This document shows, piece by piece, positions 45,822 through 56,130 of a stretch of 64,000 nt of DNA. Location: the NCBI GenBank assembly GCA_039588215.1, contig JBDHAD010000001.1:23060-87059 (forward strand), given 5' to 3'. This DNA comes from Gemmatimonadota bacterium (lineage in GTDB: Bacteria > Gemmatimonadota > Gemmatimonadetes > Palauibacterales > Palauibacteraceae). Under the pieces are notes generated by a model. That model saw only the letters and a program-made list of their open reading frames with translations. It had not been told where the DNA came from and ran no database searches. Positions within the stretch are counted from its first letter, which is position 1. Each line of letters starts with the position of its first letter. The position numbers were made by a program, and so were the translations under genes.

Positions 45822-46760
45822 TCAGCCCGGAATCGGGGCTCGGAAGCGGAGCGCCGCGGGGAGCACCTCGAAGCGGGTCGGGTGCCCCTCCACCTGCTCG
45901 CCGTCGGCATTGAGCACCCAGGACGTGGGGAGGTGCACGGAGACCTCACCGCGTCGATGGATGATCACGTCGCGGCCGGCGCGTTGACGCCCGCGAAGGA
46001 TGGCTGCCGCGGCGCGCACGAGTCGGTGAGGCGGTAATCGTGGGACGATGACCAGGTCGAGCTCGCCGTCGTCGAGCTGCGCATTGGGGGCGATCGCGAC
46101 GCCACCACCCATGAAGGCCCCGTTCGCCACCGCCACCAGATACGCCTCGAGCTCCAACGCCTCCTCGTCCAACCGGAGCACCACACGGTGGGCCCTGAGC
46201 CGGCGGATCTCCCCGATGGCAGCCATCGTGTAGGCCCGGCCGCCCAGCCGCCGTTTCAGGGTCGGTCCCAGCTCTATGGTCGCGCCGAAGCCGAGCAGCC
46301 CGACGTTCACGAAGTGCGCGGGCGGGCGAGCATCCGCCCAATGCACCCGTACGACGTCCACGGACCGCTCCACCGGCTCGTGCAAGAGACGCAGGGCGTC
46401 CGCCGCGTCGAGCGGGATTCCCAGCGAGCGGGCGAGATCGTTCCCCGTCCCCAGTGGTACGAGCCCGATCGGAATCCGGGAGAAATCCGGCGCCAGAGCA
46501 TTCACGACCAGGCTCACCAGCCCATCGCCACCCGCCAGGACGAGCGGCCCATCCCCAGCCTGGATCACCCGGTCAACCTGTTCGTTCACGTCGCTGGGTG
46601 AGGATAGCAGGTGGAGCGTAGCCCCGGGCAAGTGCGCCTTCAACAGACCATCGAGCGCTTCGGGCAAGAGGCCTGCACCCGCAGACGGATTGAAGAGTAC
46701 CGGTATGCCCAAGATCAGCCTCCCAGACAGACCGCCGGGCGATTCCAGCGGGCGGTTCAT
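45822..46760 (-). CDS. diacylglycerol-kinase catalytic-domain lipid kinase (YegS/BmrU family)
   Basis: PLVLAGGDGLV and PLGTGNDLARSLG motifs of the DAGK_cat fold. The start is uncertain (ATG 46760 or 46805). Confidence 0.8.
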   Translation of the reverse strand: MNRPLESPGGLSGRLILGIPVLFNPSAGAGLLPEALDGLLKAHLPGATLHLLSSPSDVNEQVDRVIQAGDGPLVLAGGDGLVSLVVNALAPDFSRIPIGLVPLGTGNDLARSLGIPLDAADALRLLHEPVERSVDVVRVHWADARPPAHFVNVGLLGFGATIELGPTLKRRLGGRAYTMAAIGEIRRLRAHRVVLRLDEEALELEAYLVAVANGAFMGGGVAIAPNAQLDDGELDLVIVPRLPPHRLVRAAAAILRGRQRAGRDVIIHRRGEVSVHLPTSWVLNADGEQVEGHPTRFEVLPAALRFRAPIPG

Positions 46761-47214
46761 GGCCGGAAAGTAGGTGGGTCCACCTCTCGACCGCACCGAC
46801 CGCACGGCTCCGCGCTGCTCGTCGGGGAGGTGCCGGGAGTCGAGGTCGGCGCGGCTATTTCCGTGGGTGTCACCGCTCCGGCGGTTTCGGCCTCATCGGC
46901 GGGAGCTTGATTCGCCGCCCCTGAGAGCCGCCTGACCCTTACCCCGCTCCGTCGGGAGGGGCCGGGGCCCTGTAAAGAGTATCCGTTTGCGCAACCGAGT
47001 GCCGGCCGACCCGCGCTCTTAAGGGGCGCCCGCATCGGGACCCCGGGCTCTACTTCCGCCCTCCAGACCCACTTACAGCGGGCGCGTCGCATGGCACGCT
47101 CTTCGCTTTTCGCCCCCACAATATCCCGGCGCGGCGCCGCGTCTCGCGGACGGGCGTATGTACCACGCCATGTGAGCACCCGCACCAGCACGGCGGGTCG
47201 CAAGGAGAAGTCAG

Positions 47215-47829
47215 ATGCCATCGACGAACCACACCGCCCATCGCCAGTGGCGACGCTCCTCCCGGATCGCGGCCGTGGTCGGAGCGATCTTCGCGCTGGC
47301 CGCGCCGGAATCGGGTGAAGGTCAGACGGTCCCCGTCAGAAATGGGCAATGGCTGGGTGTGGGCTTCGGTGGAGGGTTCGATCAGGTCAGCTGCGACATC
47401 TGCGCCGGTGACCCAAAACCCGGGTTCGCCGGTTATGTCCGCTTCGGAGGCACCCTCAGCTCGCGTCTGCTCGTCGGGGGCGAGCTCAACGGCTGGACCC
47501 GCAGCGATGAGGCCATCCAGCAGTACCTGGGCTCGCTGAGCGCCGTGTTCCTCTGGTACACTCGGCCCGGGGGCTCACTCTACGTCAAGGGCGGCCTCGG
47601 CGCCGTGGGGTACCGCGCCGAGGAGGACGGCGACGCGCTGACCGCTCTCACCCTGGGTGGCCAGGTCGGAGTCGGATACGAGCACCGCATCGGAGACAAC
47701 CTGTCGTTGACTCCGTTCGCGAACCTCGTGCTGGCACCGTTCGCGGGTCTGAGCTTCAACGGAGATCCCGCCACGAACGGGGCCACCCTGGCTCTTCTCC
47801 AGGGTGGTCTCGGGCTTACCTGGCATTGA
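47215..47829 (+). CDS. outer-membrane beta-barrel protein (OmpA-N/OmpW-like small barrel)
   Basis: Signal peptide (AAVVGAIFALAAPESGEG), alternating hydrophobic beta-strand pattern, and a C-terminal aromatic residue (LTWH). 204 aa. Confidence 0.65.
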   Translation: MPSTNHTAHRQWRRSSRIAAVVGAIFALAAPESGEGQTVPVRNGQWLGVGFGGGFDQVSCDICAGDPKPGFAGYVRFGGTLSSRLLVGGELNGWTRSDEAIQQYLGSLSAVFLWYTRPGGSLYVKGGLGAVGYRAEEDGDALTALTLGGQVGVGYEHRIGDNLSLTPFANLVLAPFAGLSFNGDPATNGATLALLQGGLGLTWH

Positions 47830-47930
47830 CGAGGTGGCGCCGGTGCGACTTCCGACCCCGCGGTACCCGGTACAAGTCGTACGAGAAGGAAAGGTACGGG
47901 CGACGTGAGCCCGCGCCGAAGGGAGGCTGT

Positions 47931-49202
47931 ATGAACCCGTTTGTGGCTTTGAAGAACATGGTAATTGCCCTGGCGGTGGCGGCATCGCTGCTGGTGGCCG
48001 CCTGCGATGGCTCCATCCCCTCGGCTCCGTTCGACACCCCGCCGCCGAGCGGCGAGTTGAGTGTGGCGTTTGGCCGCTGGCAGCCCGGACCCATCGATAC
48101 GTGCTCGATCCAGGACCATGACGACTACGCGACGGTCGGGCCCGACGGGAAGCTGTACCCGACCTGGCACCCGCCGCTGGATGAGGCGACCGGATGTTCG
48201 TTCGGACACGAGCACGGACGTGATCCGCGGGGCTCGGCCATATTCGATGATGTGGGAGAGATTCCGTTCGGGTACGCCAACGAGAGGCTGGACATCTGGG
48301 ACCCTCTCACCTCGCGTCACGAGGACCACGTCGGCCACAAGATCGAGTGGGAGAACGACGTGTCGATGCGTTTCCCCGGACCGACCTCCGCGGTGTTCGA
48401 GGTCCGTTGTAACGTGTTCGCGAAGCTGCACCAGGGCTCGCACTCGAAGGACGCGTTCACCAACAACGTTCACGAGCTCGCGTACCACGCGCGGTGCGAC
48501 GACGGAACCGCGGTGAGCTTCACGGTTCTCACCGCGATCGGTCAGCCGGGAGAGTTCGTGCGCTCGTGTGACTCGGGAGTGCACGTCACGGTCGGTCCAC
48601 CCAGCCCGCTGAACTCGCCCTCGGGCGGCGGTAAGCGGCTCATCCCGGACCGAACCTGCATCGATGAGCACATGCTGGTCGCGGAGGGCGAAAGCTCGAA
48701 CTTCGGGCGCGCGCTCCGCGAGAGCTGGCAGCTGTCTCAACGGCTGCGCAAGGCGGACGGGAAGACGCTGGTCTCGATCAACCCTTACTTCAATGTCTTT
48801 CGCCCCAGCCGGTACTTCGATCCGGACGCTCCGAACGGAGTCGGACGCCCTATCGATGATTGTTACGCGGTGCTGGGCGGGAGGCGCGCCCGCGGCGGTG
48901 ACTGCGAGAACTCGACGGGTGGAGGTCAGCTACAGGGTCTCCAATTCGATGACCCCCGCTCGTCCTTCAACGGCGTCTCGCGTGACTTCGACATCAACTC
49001 TATTCGGGTCGTCAACCCCGAAGGACCGGTCGTCTGGTATACGGACCCATTCGGACACAACGCGCAGACCGAGCCCTTCCCGGGCGCCATCAAGCAATTC
49101 ATCGCGAAGATCGACAACACCCATGGCGGGGCGAATATGAGCGGTCCTTCGATCGGTCGCGATCGCAACCATGGTGGACCGGGCGTGCACGCGCCCAACT
49201 AG
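47931..49202 (+). CDS. hypothetical lipoprotein (His/Asp-rich, possible metal-binding)
   Basis: ATG at 47931 with GGGAGG upstream. Signal peptide and lipobox (LLVAAC). Motifs WHPPLDE...GHEHGRD...HEDHVGHKIEWEND. No family recognised. It follows the OMP gene at a 100 nt gap. Confidence 0.55.
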   Translation: MNPFVALKNMVIALAVAASLLVAACDGSIPSAPFDTPPPSGELSVAFGRWQPGPIDTCSIQDHDDYATVGPDGKLYPTWHPPLDEATGCSFGHEHGRDPRGSAIFDDVGEIPFGYANERLDIWDPLTSRHEDHVGHKIEWENDVSMRFPGPTSAVFEVRCNVFAKLHQGSHSKDAFTNNVHELAYHARCDDGTAVSFTVLTAIGQPGEFVRSCDSGVHVTVGPPSPLNSPSGGGKRLIPDRTCIDEHMLVAEGESSNFGRALRESWQLSQRLRKADGKTLVSINPYFNVFRPSRYFDPDAPNGVGRPIDDCYAVLGGRRARGGDCENSTGGGQLQGLQFDDPRSSFNGVSRDFDINSIRVVNPEGPVVWYTDPFGHNAQTEPFPGAIKQFIAKIDNTHGGANMSGPSIGRDRNHGGPGVHAPN

Positions 49203-49293
49203 AGGGTCATTCAGCGCATCGTCGAGGGCGTTTCGCGCCCTCGGGGCAGGGCCACCCGCTCGGCCCCGGCCGCGAGGCCCGTCTAGTGGACCT

Positions 49294-50355
49294 CTAGTAG
49301 ACCTCGAGGTCGCGGCCGAAGACGACAGGGCCGTCGTAGCCGCGGGCCACTTCCGTGACGAGCGCGTCGGGCGTCACTCCCCACAGGAGCGCGTGGTAGA
49401 GGACGAGCAGCTCCGGACGCGCCCGCGCCGCGAGCTCCGCGACCTCGGTGGTCGATGTATGTGCGCGGGAGTGATAGCGTTGCCACTCCGGAAGATGCCG
49501 GCGGAACGCCTCCGCGGAGTAGACCTCATGGAGGAGCACATCGCAGCCCGCGCAAGCCTCAACGACCGCGTCCCCCGGGCCCGTGTCGCCCGAGATCACG
49601 ATGGATCGATCGGCGGTCTCGAAGCGATACCCGAACGCGTGCGCGACGCCCACATGTGGGACCTCGAACGCCGTCACGGTAACCCGCTCGTCCCGGTACA
49701 CGATGCCGGCCGCGATATCCACCGCCTCCACCTTGTGGCCCTCCGGCGTGGTGGGATGAATGCCGGACGACCGGCTCTCGATGTCGCGGTGCCAGGCCGC
49801 GAGCAGGTGAGCCGTCATCTCCTGGGTTCCCTCGGGCCCGAACACCCGTAACGGCGTCTCGCGCTCCAGCACCCAAGGCGTAAGCATCAGGTCGGGCAGA
49901 CCGACCGTGTGATCGCTGTGGAGGTGCGTGAGAAACACGATGTCCAGTCGTGCCGGGAGCAACGCCTCGACGCCGTTCCTCGCGGCCGCGGACGCGCGCC
50001 GAACCACCCCCGGGCCCGCGTCGACCAGATAGGCGATCCCGTCCACGACCACCGCGATGGCGGTGCCCGAGCGGTCCGGGTCCGCGTTCGGAGTCCCGCT
50101 TCCGAGGAGGACCACGTGCGTGCCGCGGGCGTACGTCTCCGAGGCCTCCCACGCCGGCATATCCGGTCGTGTGTCGGTCGAGGTCCGGCCCGCACGACGT
50201 TCCGGCTCGACGCGCCCGGCATCCGCGCTCCAAGCAGACTCCTCGCCACCACAAGCGAGCGCCACCACACACAGGAGCGCCCCGCTCCGCCGCGCCCTGT
50301 ACCACCTTCCGTTCCGATCGAGTGAGTGACGTGGGCCGTTCGACCTGTCGCTCAT
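49294..50355 (-). CDS. secreted MBL-fold metallo-hydrolase (RNase Z/ElaC-like fold)
   Basis: Signal peptide. HLHSDH motif and downstream His/Asp ligands. Confidence 0.75.
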   Translation of the reverse strand: MSDRSNGPRHSLDRNGRWYRARRSGALLCVVALACGGEESAWSADAGRVEPERRAGRTSTDTRPDMPAWEASETYARGTHVVLLGSGTPNADPDRSGTAIAVVVDGIAYLVDAGPGVVRRASAAARNGVEALLPARLDIVFLTHLHSDHTVGLPDLMLTPWVLERETPLRVFGPEGTQEMTAHLLAAWHRDIESRSSGIHPTTPEGHKVEAVDIAAGIVYRDERVTVTAFEVPHVGVAHAFGYRFETADRSIVISGDTGPGDAVVEACAGCDVLLHEVYSAEAFRRHLPEWQRYHSRAHTSTTEVAELAARARPELLVLYHALLWGVTPDALVTEVARGYDGPVVFGRDLEVY

Positions 50356-50542
50356 CTACTCCTCCGTGTTGAAGCCAGGGGTGGCCATGACAATCTCGGC
50401 ACCATGACCCGGCGCATCAAACGGGACTCCTCTCGCGTGCGGCCGGCGGAGACCCGGGGCTTGACCGGTCGGGGTTCAAGCAGCCCTATTCTTCGACCTT
50501 CAATAGGTCGCGAGAGAACTCTCGAGATCGCCGCCGAAGCAG

Positions 50543-50886
50543 GTGAAGGGATCCCGAATGCGCAACGCTCCCCGCATTTTTCCGACCCGGCTGGAGCGGG
50601 GCGCCCGGCGTGTGTATCGGGCGGCCACGCTCTTCTACCTGTTGCTGTTCGTGGCGCTGCTGTGGCCCGTCTATCCGCGCTTCTCGGGCATCGAGCCCCG
50701 GGTCCTCGGTCTGCCGTTCTCGATGGTCTATGTCATCGGGGGCGTGCTCCTGTCGTTTGCGGTCCTGTGGGCGCTGTTCACGTGGGAGAACCGGCGTGCG
50801 GGGAGTCCTGACTCGCCCGAGCCGGATGTCGACCGCCAGGCCGTCTCCGGAGGAGCGCCCGCACAACCCAGCGGATCGGCCGACTG

Positions 50887-50887
<1 letters not shown>
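50543..50887 (+). CDS. small two-TM membrane protein, putative accessory subunit of the adjacent SSS transporter (DUF3311-like arrangement)
   Basis: Two hydrophobic helices (LFYLLLFVALLWPVY ... MVYVIGGVLLSFAVLWALF). Its stop overlaps the ATG of the following symporter (TGATG). The start could be 50543 or 50558. Confidence 0.55.
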
Positions 50888-52353
<1,466 letters not shown>

Positions 52354-52414
52354 CCGACCTGAAAGGCCCGTATCGCCGACCGCCGGAGCGTTTCGGCGAG
52401 CTGTCCGGCGCTAC

Positions 52415-53596
52415 TCAAGCGAGGAGGGTCGCGTACGCCGCCGCCCAGTCTCGGGCGAGCGCTTCGTTTCCGCGCAGGCCCGTCTCCAGCTCGTCGAGAT
52501 CGATCGCTTCGTCGACCGTGTGGGCCAGCCGGTCATCCCCGGGACCGAAGCCCACCACGGTTAAACCAGCCTCGGCGAAGTGTCCGCCATCCGTCGCGAA
52601 CCGCCACACATCGACCGGTGGGACGGCACCGAGCGTCGGCGCCAGCACGTCGGCGGCGCTTCGGACCGCCGGATGATCGGCGGGCAGCGCATACGCGGGG
52701 TTGTCGGCAGGATACCGCTTCTCGAATCCCGTCCAACTCACTCGATCGAACTCGGGGACCAGGATCTCGGTCCGGGTTCCGGGGAGCGAGGCTGCTTCCA
52801 GAACCGAAAGCAGCTCTTCTCGCAGGTCGTACGCGTTCTGACCGGGCACAGTCCGACAGTCGAGAGTCAGGAAGGCCTCGCCCGGGATCACGTTGGCGCT
52901 GGTCTGGTCGGTCCGGATCAGCGTCGGCGCGATCGTCGCCCGCCCCAGCTCCGGGTCGGCCGGCAGTGGAAAATCGGTGAGCGCCGCCAGGAAGTCTCCG
53001 ATGACCGTGAGCGGGTTGATGCCGATCTCGGTCATGGAAGCGTGCGCCATCTTCCCTTTCACGCAAACGCGCAGCTCGATGCGACCTCGGTGGCCGCGCC
53101 GTACCTCGTTTCGGCTCGGTTCGCCGACCAAGATTATGTCGGGGCGCAGGGTGTCGGCCATGTAACGGGCTCCGAGGCCTCCGACTTCCTCCTGGACCAC
53201 CGCCGTCACGTACACATCGCCCGGCGGTCGCTCGCCGGCGGCCGCCAGCCGGCCCACGCCGTGCACCTGCGCCGCCAACGGCCCCTTGATGTCCACGGCT
53301 CCACGGCCCCACACCCGATCCGCGTGGATCTCGCCATCAAAGGGTGGGTGCGGCCAGTCCGCTGGGTCACCGGCGTCGACGTGATCCAGGTGCGTGTTGA
53401 ACATCACCGTAGGCGCCGATCCTCCGCCGCGGAGCAGACCGATCACGTTCCCGGCCTTGTCGATTCGCACCTCGTCGTAGCCCAGGGTCTCCATCTCGGC
53501 CTTCACGAGCCCGGCGATCTCGGCTTCTTCTCCGGGCATGCTCCGCGTTCGGATCAGCCGCTGGAGGAACTCGATACACGCGTCGCGGTCGCTCAT
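52415..53596 (-). CDS. M20-family metallo-hydrolase (ArgE/DapE/N-carbamoyl-amino-acid amidohydrolase-like)
   Basis: NTHLDHVDAGD ... GRGAVDIKG ... QEEVGGLG metal-ligand pattern. ATG at 53596 (MSDRDACIEF). Confidence 0.8.
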   Translation of the reverse strand: MSDRDACIEFLQRLIRTRSMPGEEAEIAGLVKAEMETLGYDEVRIDKAGNVIGLLRGGGSAPTVMFNTHLDHVDAGDPADWPHPPFDGEIHADRVWGRGAVDIKGPLAAQVHGVGRLAAAGERPPGDVYVTAVVQEEVGGLGARYMADTLRPDIILVGEPSRNEVRRGHRGRIELRVCVKGKMAHASMTEIGINPLTVIGDFLAALTDFPLPADPELGRATIAPTLIRTDQTSANVIPGEAFLTLDCRTVPGQNAYDLREELLSVLEAASLPGTRTEILVPEFDRVSWTGFEKRYPADNPAYALPADHPAVRSAADVLAPTLGAVPPVDVWRFATDGGHFAEAGLTVVGFGPGDDRLAHTVDEAIDLDELETGLRGNEALARDWAAAYATLLA

Positions 53597-53674
53597 GGTG
53601 TGGCCTCGGCGCCGTTCATGCCGCTGCCCCTGCGGCGCTCTGCCTGCCGTCCGGGGGGTCACCCTGGGTATCGA

Positions 53675-55099
53675 TCATGTCGTCCGATCCTCCGAGTCGA
53701 GCGCGAGCAGCGGCGGGTTTCCAATCGGGCGCTCGGCTTCGATCCCGCCGGCGATCGCGAGCGCTCGCGCTTCATGGTAGGGCGGCCCCACGATCTGCAG
53801 TCCGACCGGCAGCCCTCCCTCGTCCCGTCCCACCGGCACGGACGCGACGGGCAGCCCCGGGAGGCTCAGCACGAAGGTCGGCGCGATCCAGTCCACGTAC
53901 GTCTCCATCGGCCTACCCGCGACCGTCTCAGGGTAGTTCTGCTCGACGGGAAACGGGGGGACCGCCGTGCACGGCGTCAGGATCACGGCGTAGCGTTCGA
54001 ATAGGGCGCACAGCTCCTCCCTCGCCCGGCGTCTCGTCGCCTCGGCCGCCCCCAGCTCGCGCATCGTGACCTGGAGCCCGGCCCGGAGGTTCGCGGCGAC
54101 ATTCACGCCGTAGTCCTCGATGCGCTCGAGCCCATCGTGAAGGTGCGCGACCAGGCCGTAGCCCCTGAGCGCCAGAAACGCATCCCGGCAGTACCCGAGA
54201 TCCAGGTCGATTTCGTCGACTTCTACGTCCCACTCGCGAAGCATCTCCACCGCCTCGCGACAGCACGCCTCCACGCCGGGATCGACGCCGATCCCGGCGA
54301 CGTCGGGGCAATAGGCGAACCGGCGCTGGAACAGACCGGACTCCGCGAGGATGCCCTGGACGCCGCCCCTCCGAAGAGGGCTGGTCACCGGCGAAAGTGG
54401 GCTCGGCCCCGCCAGCGCATGGAGCGAAAGCGCCACATCGGCCGAGGTACGCGCCATCGTCCCGGTCACGTGCAGATCGTCCCACAGGTAGCCGGCCGGG
54501 TAGGTCGGAATCAGCCCTGCAGTCGGACGCAGCCCCACGACACCGCAGAACGAAGCGGGAACCCGGAGCGACCCGCCGAGGTCGGTGCCCTGGGCCAATG
54601 AGATCATCCCGGTCGCCAGGGCGGCGGCCCCACCCCCCGTGGAGCCCCCGGCGCTGCGGTCCAGGTCCCACGGGTTTCGCGTCGGCCCGAAGATCTCGTT
54701 CCAGGTGTTGGCGCCCGCGGCGAACTCGGGCGTGTTGGTCTTTCCCAGGATCACGGCGCCTGCTTCCCGAAAGCGACGCACCACGAGCGCGTCTTCATCC
54801 GGAACGTGATCCGCGAATAGCTTCGACCCGTACGTGGTCCGGATCCCGGCCGTCTCGGTCACGTCCTTGATTCCGACGGGAAGACCGACCAACGGCCCGG
54901 GATCGTCCCCGCGGGCCCACGCCGCGTCGATCGCGTGGGCGTCCTCGCGAGCCGCATCGTTCAGGGTCACGACGGCGTTGACCGCCTCGTTGTGCCGTTC
55001 CACTTGCTCGAGGCAGGCGTCCAGTATCTCGACGGCCGACACATCCCGCTCGCGGACGAGCCGGATCTGCTCGTGTGCCGGGAGGAGGGCCAGGTCCAC
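53675..55099 (-). CDS. amidase-signature (AS) family amidase
   Basis: Gly/Ser-rich AS signature GGSTGGGAAALATGMISLAQGTDLGGSLRVPASFCGVVGLRPTAG with the Ser-cisSer-Lys arrangement. A GTG at 55099 gives 474 aa. The upstream in-frame codons look non-coding. Confidence 0.82.
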   Translation of the reverse strand: MDLALLPAHEQIRLVRERDVSAVEILDACLEQVERHNEAVNAVVTLNDAAREDAHAIDAAWARGDDPGPLVGLPVGIKDVTETAGIRTTYGSKLFADHVPDEDALVVRRFREAGAVILGKTNTPEFAAGANTWNEIFGPTRNPWDLDRSAGGSTGGGAAALATGMISLAQGTDLGGSLRVPASFCGVVGLRPTAGLIPTYPAGYLWDDLHVTGTMARTSADVALSLHALAGPSPLSPVTSPLRRGGVQGILAESGLFQRRFAYCPDVAGIGVDPGVEACCREAVEMLREWDVEVDEIDLDLGYCRDAFLALRGYGLVAHLHDGLERIEDYGVNVAANLRAGLQVTMRELGAAEATRRRAREELCALFERYAVILTPCTAVPPFPVEQNYPETVAGRPMETYVDWIAPTFVLSLPGLPVASVPVGRDEGGLPVGLQIVGPPYHEARALAIAGGIEAERPIGNPPLLALDSEDRTT

Positions 55100-55232
55100 G
55101 CGGCTCAGCTCCCGCCGGCTCCGTCCGTACGGCTCCCATGGGGCAAGAACATCTGAGCGATCGCGTGCCCGTATCGCCCCGAGTCCCGTGGGAGGGCGTT
55201 GGCGCGTCGAGAGCGCCGGACGGCCATGTCCC

Positions 55233-56021
55233 TCACTTCTCGACAAACGCCACGACGCGACAGAACGCCGCCTCGCCGCCTTTGAACAACCACGGAAAGC
55301 ACCCGATCGTAAGCCGCCGGTTCTGGAGCTCCGGTGCCGCGATCTGCCCTCCGAGGTTCTCGACATGCATGCAGTTCAGCGGGAAGAGGGCGTTGTGGGT
55401 GAGCTGGTAATGGTCGTCGGGGAAGATCTCGGCCACGCCTTCCGGGCCACCGAACTTGCTCTCGGCGATGCGGCGTACGCGATCGCAATGCCCGAACGTC
55501 CCCTGCCCGAGGAATCGCCCGATCGGGAGGTTCATGGGGTGGTCCGTCGAGATCGCGTCGACTCCCCAGATCTTGATCTTCTTGTCGATCAGCCACTGCA
55601 CCAGGTCCGGGTGGGCGCCGGGGTGAAGGTGGATGTAGCGCTCCTCGTTGGCATCCTCGCCGAACTGGCCGTAGCGGTGCCAGCCCGTGTGGAGCATCAG
55701 GAGATCCCCGTCTCGCACTTCGACCCGCGATTCGATCATCTCGGGCGTGTACGCGCCCAGGTCGTCCATCTCATCTGACAGATCTACGATGACCCCCGGT
55801 CCGTACAGCCAATCGAGCGGGATCTCGTCGATCGTCATCCCGTTCGTCACGAAATGGCGCGGGGCATCCAGGTGCGTTCCCATATGGTTCGATGTCTGGA
55901 TGTATTGGGCGTTCACCCCGTGCTCGGCCTTCCGCTTGATGTACTTGACCTCGAACGGCGGGTAGTAGGGCCAGAAGGACACCTCCTGGTTCAGCGGCTG
56001 GGAAAGGTCGTAGGGCTTCAT
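55233..56021 (-). CDS. cyclase-family metal-dependent hydrolase (kynurenine formamidase / isatin hydrolase-like, PF04199-type)
   Basis: HMGTHLDAPRHF motif near the N-terminus and conserved downstream His/Asp/Glu ligands. 262 aa. Confidence 0.75.
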   Translation of the reverse strand: MKPYDLSQPLNQEVSFWPYYPPFEVKYIKRKAEHGVNAQYIQTSNHMGTHLDAPRHFVTNGMTIDEIPLDWLYGPGVIVDLSDEMDDLGAYTPEMIESRVEVRDGDLLMLHTGWHRYGQFGEDANEERYIHLHPGAHPDLVQWLIDKKIKIWGVDAISTDHPMNLPIGRFLGQGTFGHCDRVRRIAESKFGGPEGVAEIFPDDHYQLTHNALFPLNCMHVENLGGQIAAPELQNRRLTIGCFPWLFKGGEAAFCRVVAFVEK

Positions 56022-56130
56022 ATTGGTGGTCCTTGCTTTCGTCGGAGTCGGTGAAAGGGTCCCGGCACGCCGCCGAGAGACTCCGGCGGCCCGTCAATGC
56101 TCCAGGTCGGGGCGCCGACCCGCGGTCAAA

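Noticed and set aside
46806-47214. Possible structured ncRNA (tmRNA, RNase P, SRP, 6S) in the 400-nt divergent intergenic region upstream of the OMP gene
   Set aside because: No diagnostic conserved cores could be found by eye (e.g. GGAAAGUCCGG for RNase P, tmRNA 5' GGGG...3' CCA acceptor arms). This is kept only as an unusually long intergenic region.
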